From contig JBBTQI010000004.1 in assembly GCA_038078835.1 (NCBI GenBank), positions 3,352 through 67,351 of the forward strand: a stretch of 64,000 nucleotides of DNA. Direction: 5' to 3'. Positions 44,897-54,878 of the stretch are shown here, in pieces (positions within the stretch are counted from its first letter, which is position 1; each line of letters opens with the position of its first letter). The notes beneath the pieces were generated by a model. That model saw only the letters and a program-made list of their open reading frames with translations. It did no database searches and was not told the origin of the DNA. The position numbers and the translations under genes were made by a program. This DNA comes from Patescibacteria group bacterium. Lineage in GTDB: Bacteria; Patescibacteriota; UBA1384; XYA2-FULL-43-10; 1-14-0-10-43-13.

Positions 44897-47029
44897 ATGA
44901 TAAAGAAAAAGGAATTTGATATCAAAAGTTATGAGATTGATTTTGCCGGCAAAAAACTTGTTCTCGAAACCGGCAAGCTGGCTGAGTTTGCTGACGGTTC
45001 AGTTACCGCTATCTGCAATGATACTGTTGTGTTAGCGACGGTCGTGGTGGCGGATGAACCCAAAGATGGGGCCGACTTCTTCCCCCTCCTCGTTGACTTT
45101 GAGGAGCGTTTTTACGCCGCCGGGAAGATCTCCGGCAGCCGTTTCATTAAGCGGGAGGGCCGGCCCTCCGATGCCGCCGTTCTGGCGGCGCGCAAGATTG
45201 ATCGGCCGCTGCGTCCCTTGTTCCCGAAGAGCTACCGTAACGACATTCAGGTTGTTATTACCGTTCTCTCTTATGACGGCTCGGTTGATCCGGACATTTT
45301 GGCGATAATTGCTTCATCGGCTGCTCTCCAGCAGACCAAGGCGCCCTTTGCCGGTCCCATCGGCGCGCTTCAGGTTGGCATCGTTCACGGCGAATTTGTT
45401 TTCAACCCCACGGATGCTGAACTTGAGCAGTCTGACCTTAATCTCTCTCTGGCCGCTACTTCCGACCGGGTGATGATGCTGGAAGTGGAGTCCAAGGAGG
45501 TTCCGGAGGAGAAGATTATTGCCGCCATCGAACAGTCACTGGCCAAAATCGCGCCCCAAATCGATGTTCAAAACCGGATCAGGGCCGACCACGTCACCGA
45601 AGAGGCTGCTGAAACACCGGCCGAGGTGATTCTGGATCAGGTGCACGCCGATGTTTCAGCCTTGATCAGCGAGAAGATCAAAACGGCAATGACGGAGATG
45701 GAGAAGTCAGCCCGAGAGGAGATGTTGCGCCAGTTTGAAGAGCAGGTCCTCTCCCAGCTTGAGGGCACCTATAAGCAGGTGGATATTAAGGGTGCCTTTG
45801 CTAAAATTGTCGAAAAAGAAGTACGTAATCTTATCTTGGACAAAGGGATTCGTCCCGACGGGCGGACTACTGATGAAATCAGGCCGCTCAGTATTGAGGT
45901 TGGCTTACTGCCCCGGACTCACGGCTCCGCGCTCTTTACCCGCGGCCAAACCCAGGCGCTAACGGTCGCCACCCTGGCTTCGCCCGGCATGGAGCAGTTT
46001 ATTGACACAATGGAGGGCGAATCAACCAAGCGTTTTATGCACCACTATAATTTCCCGCCCTTCTCCACCGGCGAGGTTAAGCCTCTGCGCGGTGCCGGCC
46101 GGCGGGAGATCGGTCACGGTTATCTAGCCGAAAAGGCGCTTAAGCCGGTTATCCCGTCTCAGGATGAATTTCCCTATACGATTCGTTTGGTGTCCGAGAT
46201 CTTGAGCTCCAACGGTTCGAGTTCGATGGCGGCAACTTGCGGCGGAACCCTGGCTCTTATGGATGCCGGTGTGCCGATCAAGAAGCCGATCACCGGCATC
46301 GCTATGGGCTTAGTCGCTAACGGGGACGCCAGCCAGTACCGGATTTTAACTGATCTTCAGGGCATCGAAGATTTCGCCGGCGATATGGATTTTAAGGTGG
46401 CCGGGACAAAAGACGGCGTGACGGCTGTTCAGATGGATACCAAGATCACCGGTCTTACGATGACGATTATTCGTGAAACCTTTGCCCAAGCTCACGCCGG
46501 ACGAATGGAGATTCTGGCCGCGATGCAGGCGGTTATCAGCCAGCCCAGAGAGGAGATCAGTCAGTTTGCCCCGAAGATCGAGGTAATCAAGATTAATCCG
46601 GACAAGATCGGCGAATTGATTGGGCCGGGCGGCAAAAATATTAAAAAAATTGTTGATGCGAGTGGCGGCAGAGAGGTAATATCAATTGACATCGAGGATG
46701 ATGGCAGCGTAATGATCTCCTCAATCGATCCCAAACAGGCGGAGAAAGCGATATCGACCATCAAGGCGATGACGCGCGAGATTGTTCCGGGTGAGACGAT
46801 CACCGGAGAGGTCATCGAGATTAAGAGGGACCGGATGACCGGCAAAGAGATCGGGGCGATTGTTGCTATTACGCCGAGAATTGACGGCATGGTTCACATT
46901 TCTCAAATTTCAAAACAGCGGGTCGAGAGAGTTTCTCAAGTGCTCAAGGTGGGTGATGTTGTCACGGCTAAGGTAGTTGATGTTGATCCGGAGAAGGGTC
47001 GCATCAGCTTATCAATGAAGGATGCTTGA
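44897..47029 (+). CDS. pnp: polynucleotide phosphorylase (two RNase PH domains, KH, S1)
   Basis: ..FDIKSYEIDFAGKKLVLETGKLAEFADGSV.., ..FSTGEVKPLRGAGRREIGHG.. and the C-terminal KH/S1 region. Confidence 0.9.
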   Translation: MIKKKEFDIKSYEIDFAGKKLVLETGKLAEFADGSVTAICNDTVVLATVVVADEPKDGADFFPLLVDFEERFYAAGKISGSRFIKREGRPSDAAVLAARKIDRPLRPLFPKSYRNDIQVVITVLSYDGSVDPDILAIIASSAALQQTKAPFAGPIGALQVGIVHGEFVFNPTDAELEQSDLNLSLAATSDRVMMLEVESKEVPEEKIIAAIEQSLAKIAPQIDVQNRIRADHVTEEAAETPAEVILDQVHADVSALISEKIKTAMTEMEKSAREEMLRQFEEQVLSQLEGTYKQVDIKGAFAKIVEKEVRNLILDKGIRPDGRTTDEIRPLSIEVGLLPRTHGSALFTRGQTQALTVATLASPGMEQFIDTMEGESTKRFMHHYNFPPFSTGEVKPLRGAGRREIGHGYLAEKALKPVIPSQDEFPYTIRLVSEILSSNGSSSMAATCGGTLALMDAGVPIKKPITGIAMGLVANGDASQYRILTDLQGIEDFAGDMDFKVAGTKDGVTAVQMDTKITGLTMTIIRETFAQAHAGRMEILAAMQAVISQPREEISQFAPKIEVIKINPDKIGELIGPGGKNIKKIVDASGGREVISIDIEDDGSVMISSIDPKQAEKAISTIKAMTREIVPGETITGEVIEIKRDRMTGKEIGAIVAITPRIDGMVHISQISKQRVERVSQVLKVGDVVTAKVVDVDPEKGRISLSMKDA

Positions 47030-47233
47030 CAAAATATTTTCTCTCTGCTATAATCTGATTAAATAAAGGTAGGGGTGCGAACTATTTACATAGAAATGCC
47101 GGAGAAGGACTCTTAAATAAATGTTTTTGGTGTTCTCTTTCGGCTCGCAACTGATCAACAATTATTGAAAGAACTTTTTTTGTTCTACGACTCGGCCTTG
47201 TTTTTAATATTTAAGGTCGCAAGAAAGGAAAAA

Positions 47234-49120
47234 ATGAATAGAACTAAGACAAATGCTTCGCCTGAAATTGCGACGAATGGGCGAGCGGACGCACTGCGTC
47301 ACATTAGAGATCACAGCAAGAGAGCGTCGCGCCGCCCCAAAAGCGTCGTCGCTTCCCGACGGGAAGCACCCGCAGAGAGGCGCGAAGAGCCGCGCTATAC
47401 GGCGCAGAGAGCGCCGGCAATTCAGGGCAAGGGATTCTTTGAGTCTCGGCTTCGTATTATCCCGCTGGGCGGCGTTGAGGAAACCGGCGGCAAAAACACG
47501 ACTGTGATCGAGTATAAAAACGACATCATTATAATCGATATGGGTTTTATGTTTCCGGATGAGACGATGCCGGGAGTTGATTATGTTATTCCCGATGTTT
47601 CTTATTTGGAGCAAAACAAGCACAAGATTCGCGGTTTGGTTGTGACTCACGGCCACCTCGATCACATTGGCGGTATCCCTTATGTTTATGAGCGAATCGG
47701 TTCACCAACCATCTACTCCGCACCCCTCTCTATCGGCCTGATTCGAAGCAAGTTGGAGGAGATGGGGCTTGATCGCGGGGCGAAACTCCAGACGCTAAAG
47801 ATCGGCGAGGATGTTTTGCAGTTGGGTGTTTTTCGAGTTTCGACCTTTCGTCTAACTCACAGCATTCCTCAAGCGATGGGTCTGGCAATTGAAACGCCGG
47901 AGGGTCTCTTGGTTTATGCTACAGACTGGAAATTTGACCACACACCGGCCGATGGCAAGCCGGCCGATTTCTCAACTCTGGCAATGTTGGGCGCCCAAAA
48001 GCCCCTGGCTCTGTTTTCGGAGTCAACCAATGTTGAAAAGCCCGGCATTTCTATCTCCGAGCGCGAGATTGAGGATTCACTTTTCAAGATTATAGAACGG
48101 GCCAGGGGCCGGGTGATTGTTTCCACCTTCTCCACGCAAATCTCGCGGCTCCAGCAGGTTATCAATGTTTCCCGGCGACTCAATCGTAAGGTGGTTTTTG
48201 TCGGGCGGAGTATGGTTTCAACGGTGGAGATCGCCCTCTCGCTCGAGGCCCTGATAGTGCCGCCGGACATTCTGGTCGATATTAAAGACATCGGCAAATA
48301 TGCCGACGACCGCATCACCATAATGTGTACCGGCAGTCAGGGGGAGGATAAGGCGGCTCTGACGCGGATTGCTGCCGGCGAGCATCACCAGATTCGCATC
48401 AAAAAGGGTGATTTGGTCATTCTCTCCTCCTCGCCGATTCCGGGCAATGAACGGAGTGTTTCTGGTCTGATGGACAATCTTTATCGCCAGGGTGCCCGGG
48501 TGATCTATCAGAAACTGATGGATGTTCACACCTCCGGCCACGCTAACCAGGAGGACTTAAAGCTGATGCTGGCTCTGATCCGGCCGCAGTACTTTATTCC
48601 GATTCACGGCGAGCGGCACCGCTTAATGCTGCACTCCCAGATCGCCCAGGATATGGGTATTGTTGATGAGGATCACTGTTTGGTGGTCGATGACGGCCAA
48701 GTAATTGAATTTGCCAATGGTCGCGGCGAGGTGACAAACAAGCGCGTGCCCGCTTCCTATGTCATGGTTGATGGTCTGGGCGTGGGTGATGTCGGCAACA
48801 TTGTTTTGCGCGACCGCAAAGCGATGGCGCAGGATGGCATCTTTGTGATTATTGTTACCGTCGATCATGAGACGGGGGAGGTTGTCACTTCGCCTGATAT
48901 TATCTCGCGGGGTTTCATCTATATGCGGGAGAACGAACAATTGGTTCACAAGGCTCGCGCGGAGATCAAAAAAATCTTTGGCCGGCATGCGCCGGAGCGA
49001 ACCGGCCCCAAGGTAGACTGGGGTTTGGTTAAGCAGAAACTGCGCGACGAGATGGGCGAGTTCCTCTTTACCGAGACCGAACGCCGCCCCATGGTAATCC
49101 CGGTAGTGATTGAAGTCTAG
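47234..49120 (+). CDS. rnj: ribonuclease J (metallo-beta-lactamase / beta-CASP family) with an Arg-rich N-terminal extension
   Basis: ..VVTHGHLDHIGGIPYV.. (HxHxDH), beta-CASP and C-terminal domain organisation. Confidence 0.85.
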   Translation: MNRTKTNASPEIATNGRADALRHIRDHSKRASRRPKSVVASRREAPAERREEPRYTAQRAPAIQGKGFFESRLRIIPLGGVEETGGKNTTVIEYKNDIIIIDMGFMFPDETMPGVDYVIPDVSYLEQNKHKIRGLVVTHGHLDHIGGIPYVYERIGSPTIYSAPLSIGLIRSKLEEMGLDRGAKLQTLKIGEDVLQLGVFRVSTFRLTHSIPQAMGLAIETPEGLLVYATDWKFDHTPADGKPADFSTLAMLGAQKPLALFSESTNVEKPGISISEREIEDSLFKIIERARGRVIVSTFSTQISRLQQVINVSRRLNRKVVFVGRSMVSTVEIALSLEALIVPPDILVDIKDIGKYADDRITIMCTGSQGEDKAALTRIAAGEHHQIRIKKGDLVILSSSPIPGNERSVSGLMDNLYRQGARVIYQKLMDVHTSGHANQEDLKLMLALIRPQYFIPIHGERHRLMLHSQIAQDMGIVDEDHCLVVDDGQVIEFANGRGEVTNKRVPASYVMVDGLGVGDVGNIVLRDRKAMAQDGIFVIIVTVDHETGEVVTSPDIISRGFIYMRENEQLVHKARAEIKKIFGRHAPERTGPKVDWGLVKQKLRDEMGEFLFTETERRPMVIPVVIEV

Positions 49121-49152
49121 TATTCAGAAATGGACGACAGATATTTTACACG

Positions 49153-49190
49153 AAAAACGACCCGAGATAGCATCAAAGGTCGTTTTTTTA
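49153..49190 (+). terminator. intrinsic terminator after rnj (ACGACC...GGTCGT + TTTTTT)
   Basis: Stem-loop followed by a T-run directly after the stop codon. Confidence 0.55.
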
Positions 49191-49242
49191 AAAAAACAGA
49201 CGGGAGAATCCCGCCTGTGGGTACGGACTGTTGCGAGTGATT

Positions 49243-49683
49243 TCACTCACAGTAATCGAAGGGGAGGCGCATCTGGCCGATCGCCTCGAGTTCGGACGGG
49301 GTGATGGCCAGCGGGCCGTAAAAGTCCTCAATATCACCCCCGTCCTGATGAGAACAAGGGCTTGCTGTAATAGAGATGACTATACCATCTCCAAAAGAAA
49401 GGTAGCCTCCAGGCCAGGAGAAGTCAGGTGGCGGACACCCCCGAGCCAGGACACAGCCCCCAAAGAGATGCTGGCAGTTACCGCAGTGGCGGTGCAGTTG
49501 AACTTGCCGCAGGCGGCTCCGATAGAGTATCCTCGCCTCATTCGGATCCCGAAGAGGACGGAGGAGCAAGGTCAAGACGGACTGCTTGCCTTCATCGTAG
49601 ATATCGACTCGATAGACGTCATCGATGCCGGATTCAACCCGGGGGAATTCTTCATGGGTGTCGCCATATTCGTCAGCGAACAT
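49243..49683 (-). CDS. hypothetical protein (146 aa, Cys/His-containing, GC-rich)
   Basis: ORF preceded by a strong RBS (AAGGAGGGAAGTA-ATG); overlapping plus-strand ORFs are judged spurious. Confidence 0.45.
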   Translation of the reverse strand: MFADEYGDTHEEFPRVESGIDDVYRVDIYDEGKQSVLTLLLRPLRDPNEARILYRSRLRQVQLHRHCGNCQHLFGGCVLARGCPPPDFSWPGGYLSFGDGIVISITASPCSHQDGGDIEDFYGPLAITPSELEAIGQMRLPFDYCE

Positions 49684-49811
49684 TACTTCCCTCCTTGTTG
49701 CTTTAAAGTATAAGAACTGGGGCAGAAGAAGTAAAGGGCGGTAAAGTTTGCGCCCCTAAGTGGTATGGCGTATAATAGTGGCAGAATGAACATCCGATTT
49801 CTGTTTTTGGC

Positions 49812-52100
49812 GTGAATTCGCGGGTCTTATTCGTGATTATTAGTGTTCTTGGAGGGCAGGTGGGACGGAAGCGGAAACACCCGAAACACAAGCAAAAGAA
49901 ACCAAAGTGGTACCAGCGGGAAAACGACTGGGGTGATTATGTCTTTGACTGGTCGCTCGGCCTCTCGGGCGAAGCCTGGCGGGAGATCTTTGCTTTTTTG
50001 ATTGTTATCGCCGCCTCTGTTGTCTTGCTGGGTTTCTTTGATTCGGCCGGAGTCGTGGGAGAGCGGGCCGTTGCGGTTACCCGCGGACTCTTTGGGCCGA
50101 TTGGCGCTTATATTTTTACCCTCATCTTTCTTTATGCGGGGATAATTATGGTTATTCCCCAAAAGAGGTATCGACTCTCTAAGTTTATCGGCCTCTTTCT
50201 TTTCGTGGCGGCGATCACAACTTTTATCCACCTTTTTATTCCGGTTGAGGAGTCGGCGGGAGCGGCGGCGGAGTCGCGCGGCGGAGGGTACTTGGGCTAT
50301 TTGGTCTCAACGCCGCTGCGTCAGGCTATCGGTCTTTTCCCCACCTTCCTTTTCTCTATCTCTCTTCTGGTTATCTCTTTTCTGCTGACTTTTAATTTTT
50401 CCATCAGTCAGTATCTGGGTTGGGACAAAAAGAAGAGTGAGGAGGAGGAAGGGGCTGAGACCCGGTCTCAGGTTCACGCTTCGACGCGGGTTTCTGTCTT
50501 TGAGGCGGTCCGGCGGCGGATTACGGCTATTCGCCAGGCCCACGGCAGTCGGGCCAAGGCGCCGGTTCTTGAGGTTGAAAACCCGCTTGAACGCCGCTTG
50601 CCGGCGGGAAGGCAGAATCTGGCTTGGGAGTATCCGCCGATCGAGATGCTCAAGGACTCCGATGAGGTTGCCAGCTCGGGCAACATTCAGAAGAATGCTG
50701 AGACTATCGGCAAGACCTTGAAGAATTTTAATATTGAGACAACGATGGGTGATGTTAACATCGGTCCGACCGTTACCCAGTACACCTTAAAGCCGAGTGA
50801 GGGGGTGAAGTTAAACCAGATCGTTGCCCGTCAGAATGATCTCGCCTTGGCCCTCTCGGCCAAGAGTATCCGGGTCGAAGCGCCAATCCCGGGTAAAAAT
50901 GCTGTCGGCATCGAGATCCCCAACAAAGTGGCAGCCAAGGTAACTTTGCGCGAAGTGTTGATCTCCAAGGAGTTTAAAAATATTAAAAGCAAATTGGCAC
51001 TCTCGCTCGGCCGGGATGTGGCGGGTGAACCTGTGGCCATTGACTTGGATCGGATGCCGCATCTTCTTATTGCCGGCGCGACCGGATCGGGCAAATCGGT
51101 TTGTATTAACTCGATTATTATTACTCTGCTCTACAACAATGCCCCGGATGATTTGCGCCTGCTTTTGGTCGATCCCAAACGGGTAGAGCTGACCGGATAT
51201 AATGGTATACCGCATTTGCTGGCACCGGTTGTGACAGAGGTCGACAAGACGGTTTCAACCCTAAAGTGGGCAGTGCACGAGATGGAGCGGCGCTATGACC
51301 TCTTCTCTCGACTTGGGCGGCGCAACATTGCCGCTTACAACACCGCACCCGCGCCCGAGGAGGGTCCTCTGCCCTACATTGTGATCGTTATCGATGAGTT
51401 GGCTGATCTGATGGCCAGTTCAGCCAAGGAGGTTGAGGGTTCAATTGTCAGACTGGCTCAGATGGCGCGGGCAATTGGGATTCATCTGATTGTCGCCACC
51501 CAGCGTCCCTCGGTTGATGTGATTACCGGTTTAATCAAGGCCAATATCCCTTGCCGCGTTGCCTTTGCGACCGCCTCCCAGGTTGATTCCCGGACGATTT
51601 TGGATGTAACCGGCGCCGAGAAGTTGTTGGGCAATGGCGATATGCTCTTTATGGGCAACGGTGTCGAAAAACCGCGGCGCGTTCAGGGCTGCTATGTTTC
51701 CGATAATGAGATTGAGGAGGTTAACAGTTTTCTGCGGAGCAAGGGAGAGGCGCAATACGATGAATCGATACTGACTTTCAGGACCGGCAGCAAGAGCGTC
51801 GGTGCCTTTGGCGGCGATGGTTCAGCCGAGGATGGTCTCTATGACGAAGCAATTGAAACGGTGCTGAACGCCGGCAAAGCCTCTGCTTCGCTCTTGCAGC
51901 GGCGCTTGCGTATTGGCTATGCCCGGGCGGCGCGCTTGCTTGATATACTCGAAGAAGCCGGAGTAATCGGTCCGGCCGAGGGCGCCAAGCCGCGCGATGT
52001 CCTGATCGCCGGCACCGGCCGGGAGACGTTCCAGCCGCACGGGGAGGGGGCGGCGCTTAACAATTCGGATTATGGCCGAGACAACAGTGAGTACATGTAG
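49812..52100 (+). CDS. ftsK: DNA translocase FtsK/SpoIIIE (basic N-terminus, 4 TM, linker, motor domain, C-terminal winged-helix gamma domain); exact start uncertain (GTG 49812 or 49857)
   Basis: ..LLIAGATGSGKSVCINSIIITLLY.. (Walker A), ..VIVIDELADLM.. (Walker B), gamma domain ..LLQRRLRIGYARAARLLDILE.. Confidence 0.85.
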   Translation: MNSRVLFVIISVLGGQVGRKRKHPKHKQKKPKWYQRENDWGDYVFDWSLGLSGEAWREIFAFLIVIAASVVLLGFFDSAGVVGERAVAVTRGLFGPIGAYIFTLIFLYAGIIMVIPQKRYRLSKFIGLFLFVAAITTFIHLFIPVEESAGAAAESRGGGYLGYLVSTPLRQAIGLFPTFLFSISLLVISFLLTFNFSISQYLGWDKKKSEEEEGAETRSQVHASTRVSVFEAVRRRITAIRQAHGSRAKAPVLEVENPLERRLPAGRQNLAWEYPPIEMLKDSDEVASSGNIQKNAETIGKTLKNFNIETTMGDVNIGPTVTQYTLKPSEGVKLNQIVARQNDLALALSAKSIRVEAPIPGKNAVGIEIPNKVAAKVTLREVLISKEFKNIKSKLALSLGRDVAGEPVAIDLDRMPHLLIAGATGSGKSVCINSIIITLLYNNAPDDLRLLLVDPKRVELTGYNGIPHLLAPVVTEVDKTVSTLKWAVHEMERRYDLFSRLGRRNIAAYNTAPAPEEGPLPYIVIVIDELADLMASSAKEVEGSIVRLAQMARAIGIHLIVATQRPSVDVITGLIKANIPCRVAFATASQVDSRTILDVTGAEKLLGNGDMLFMGNGVEKPRRVQGCYVSDNEIEEVNSFLRSKGEAQYDESILTFRTGSKSVGAFGGDGSAEDGLYDEAIETVLNAGKASASLLQRRLRIGYARAARLLDILEEAGVIGPAEGAKPRDVLIAGTGRETFQPHGEGAALNNSDYGRDNSEYM

Positions 52101-52103
52101 CTT

Positions 52104-52190
52104 AAAGCTTGAAACCTGAAACTTGAAACCTGAAGAGATAAAGTTTCAAATATTAAGCTACAAGTTTCAAGTTTCAGGTTTTAACTATTT
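52104..52190 (+). terminator. long imperfect inverted repeat built from GAAACYTGAAAC units after ftsK (hairpin/terminator-like)
   Basis: CTTGAAACCTGAAACTTGAAACCTGAAG ... CAAGTTTCAAGTTTCAGGTTTT. Confidence 0.4.
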
Positions 52191-52222
52191 GACTTGAGTT
52201 CAAGTTTAGACTAACCTGATTA

Positions 52223-52942
52223 ATGATGATCCCCGGTTTCTCAACGCGAAAAATTGCCAGTTTTGATTCACTTGGGGAAAGGCTAAAGAAGGCAAGAGAG
52301 GAGAAGGGTGTTTCCCTGGTTGAAGCGGAGGGCGCGACAAAGGTCCGGGCGAAGTTTTTGGCGGCTTTGGAAAATGGCAACTGGGAAATTTTGCCCCAAA
52401 GAGTCTATACGCGCGGCTTTCTTTTGGCTTACATTCGCTTTCTGAGCTTGTCGTTCCAAAAAACCATACCCTTATTTGAGCACGAGGCAAATAACTTTGC
52501 CCTAAAAGAATCAAGAAGCTTGGTTTATAATCAGTCGATTCGTGAAAACCGCGTTTTGATCACACCCAAACTTCTGGCTTACTCTGCCGTCTCGCTTTTT
52601 GTGGTTTTGATGTTTTCCTATATCATCTACCAGGTTGCCGGTTTTACCGGGAGCCCCGAGCTTAAAATTATCAAGCCAAACAACAACATACTGGTTGAGA
52701 TTGATACGGTTGAACTTGAGGGATTAACGGACAACGACTCATTTATAACCATCAATGATGAGCGTGTTCCGGTTACCGGCGAGGGAAAATTTGCTCTGCC
52801 GCTAAAGCTCCATCGTGGTGTTAATGTGATCAGTATCCGGGCGACGAATAAGGCCAAAAAGGAGAGCACGGCTACGTACACTATCGAGTACCAGCCCAAG
52901 ACGGCCGCGGCATCCGAGAACAGACTTGATAATAGTTTTTAG
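52223..52942 (+). CDS. RodZ-like protein (N-terminal XRE-type HTH, TM segment, C-terminal DUF4115-like domain)
   Basis: ..LGERLKKAREEKGVSLVEAEGATKVRAKFLAALENGNWEILP..VYTRGFL..Y.. matches the RodZ HTH; TM helix AYSAVSLFVVLMFSYIIY. Confidence 0.6.
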   Translation: MMIPGFSTRKIASFDSLGERLKKAREEKGVSLVEAEGATKVRAKFLAALENGNWEILPQRVYTRGFLLAYIRFLSLSFQKTIPLFEHEANNFALKESRSLVYNQSIRENRVLITPKLLAYSAVSLFVVLMFSYIIYQVAGFTGSPELKIIKPNNNILVEIDTVELEGLTDNDSFITINDERVPVTGEGKFALPLKLHRGVNVISIRATNKAKKESTATYTIEYQPKTAAASENRLDNSF

Positions 52943-52951
52943 GGAGAATTT

Positions 52952-54028
52952 ATGCCCAAGAAAATGACTGAGAAGGAGGGAGTTGCGGTGGGAGTGGCGG
53001 AGGGTAATGTTGGCGGTCGGGGCGAGGCGTTGAAGGCGGCGCTGGTGTCGATTGAAAAACAGTTTGGCAAGGGTGCGATTATGAGTCTGGGGGGGTCAGC
53101 CAGACTCAAGGTAGATACAGTTCCAACCGGCTCTCTCTCGCTTGATTTGGCCTTGGGCGTCGGCGGTTTTCCCCGCGGTCGCGTCGTTGAGATTTACGGT
53201 CCCGAGTCATCGGGCAAGACAACTCTGGCTCTCCATGCGATCGCTGAGGCTCAGCGGAGGGGCGGGAATGCCGCATTTATCGATGCTGAGCACGCCTTTG
53301 ATCCGGACTACGCCAGAAAGCTGGGTTTGGATTTGGACAACCTCTTAATCTCGCAGCCGGACACAGGAGAGCAGGCCCTGGAGATTACGGAAACACTGGT
53401 CCGGTCCAATGCGCTCGATGTCATTGTGATTGACTCGGTGGCCGCTCTGGTGCCGCGGGCGGAAATTGAGGGCGAAATGGGCGACGCCATGATGGGGGTG
53501 CAGGCTCGTCTGATGAGTCAGGCTCTACGGAAGCTGACCGGCATTGTGGCTAAATCAAAAACCATTCTGATTTTTATTAACCAGATTCGGATGAAGATTG
53601 GCGTGATGTTTGGCAATCCCGAGACCACAACGGGAGGGAACGCACTGAAATTCTACTCCTCCGTTCGTCTTGACATCCGTCGCAAAGCCGTCCTAAAACG
53701 CGGGGACGAAGTTGTCGGCAGCCATGTTGCGGTCAAGGTGGTGAAAAATAAAGTTGCTCCGCCGTTTCGGATAGCGGAATTCGATATTTTATACAATGGC
53801 ATTGACCGGATCGGCGAATTGGTTGACTTAGGGGTGCATTTCAATATTATCGAAAAAGCCGGCTCCTGGCTTTCTTATCGCGGTGAAAAGATCGGTCAGG
53901 GTCGGGAGAGCGCTAAAGTCTTTCTCGGGGATCATCCGGAGATCGCCGCGGAAATTGAAAAAACGGTTGTGAGCGGAGAAGGACAGGGAGGTGGAGATGT
54001 TGAGGCGGCGGTGGAGGCTCACTCTTAG
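52952..54028 (+). CDS. recA: recombinase RecA
   Basis: ..[17 protein letters not shown].. (Walker A), ..IDAEHAFDP.., ..IVIDSVAAL.., L2 loop ..[15 protein letters not shown].. Confidence 0.95.
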   Translation: MPKKMTEKEGVAVGVAEGNVGGRGEALKAALVSIEKQFGKGAIMSLGGSARLKVDTVPTGSLSLDLALGVGGFPRGRVVEIYGPESSGKTTLALHAIAEAQRRGGNAAFIDAEHAFDPDYARKLGLDLDNLLISQPDTGEQALEITETLVRSNALDVIVIDSVAALVPRAEIEGEMGDAMMGVQARLMSQALRKLTGIVAKSKTILIFINQIRMKIGVMFGNPETTTGGNALKFYSSVRLDIRRKAVLKRGDEVVGSHVAVKVVKNKVAPPFRIAEFDILYNGIDRIGELVDLGVHFNIIEKAGSWLSYRGEKIGQGRESAKVFLGDHPEIAAEIEKTVVSGEGQGGGDVEAAVEAHS

Positions 54029-54212
54029 TACTCTGGCTATAATCTTTGGCGGGGCGTTGGCGGCCTTGGGTCAGAGTATCGCCGGCGCCGACCAAACGGT
54101 GATTTCGAGCGGAGTGGATCCGGTATTGCTGGCGTTTATCGTTATGATGGCAGGCTCGATACTTTTTATGGTGGGTTTTTTTGCTCTCGTGATTGTGGTA
54201 ACATCAAAGTAG
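53991..54212 (+). CDS. possible small two-TM membrane protein overlapping the recA 3' end by 38 nt
   Basis: 73 aa ORF filling the recA-recX gap with two hydrophobic helices; no homology recognised. Confidence 0.25.
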   Translation: MEMLRRRWRLTLSTLAIIFGGALAALGQSIAGADQTVISSGVDPVLLAFIVMMAGSILFMVGFFALVIVVTSK

Positions 54213-54215
54213 AAT

Positions 54216-54695
54216 ATGCCCAGAAAACAACCCCTTGATTACGCCTTCTCGCTGTTGGAATTGCGTGACCGGAGTACGGGAGAGATCCGTCGCAAGATGC
54301 AGCAGAAGGGTTATTTGGAGGTGGAGATAAACGCCGCTGTCGAGCGGCTGTCCGAGTTAGATTTTCTTAACGACCGCCGTTTTGCCGAAAGTTACCTAAG
54401 GGCGCAACTGGGAATCAGACCGCGCGGTCGTTTTGAGCTTCAGGCTAAATTGCGCCAACTCTATCTGCCCGAGGATCTGATTATGGAGACGCTCGAGGGC
54501 TACGGCAGCGAAGCGGAGGAGGTACAGGCACGGGAAGCGGCCCGGCGCTGGCTCTCTCGCAAAAGTGATCTGCCGCCGCCGGAGCAACGGGAGAAGCTGG
54601 CTCGTTTTCTGGCCGGCCGGGGGTTTGGCTGGGAAGTCATTAAGAGAACGTTAGATCAAATGTTAAGCGTCAAAGATCAAAATGGTAAAGGATAA
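54216..54695 (+). CDS. recX: RecA regulator RecX
   Basis: ..DYAFSLLELRDRSTGEIRRKMQQKGY....RFAESYLRAQL.. matches RecX three-helix repeats; conserved recA-recX synteny. Confidence 0.8.
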   Translation: MPRKQPLDYAFSLLELRDRSTGEIRRKMQQKGYLEVEINAAVERLSELDFLNDRRFAESYLRAQLGIRPRGRFELQAKLRQLYLPEDLIMETLEGYGSEAEEVQAREAARRWLSRKSDLPPPEQREKLARFLAGRGFGWEVIKRTLDQMLSVKDQNGKG

Positions 54696-54878
54696 ATCAA
54701 TAAATCCTAAATCCTAATTTCTAAATCCTAAAGAAATCCAAATGTTCAAATTCCTAAACTTTAAAAAACCTTTGGTTATTGGAAATTGTTTAGGATTTAG
54801 TGCTTGGAATTTAGGGTTTTAACTGTTTATCATTTTGCATTTTGACTTTTGCATTTTGATTTAATACTAGGAGGGTTT

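Noticed and set aside
49231-49713. Plus-strand ORFs of 160 and 92 aa
   Set aside because: They overlap the minus-strand ORF 49243..49683, which has a strong RBS; the plus ORFs are Arg/Pro-rich GC-frame artefacts.
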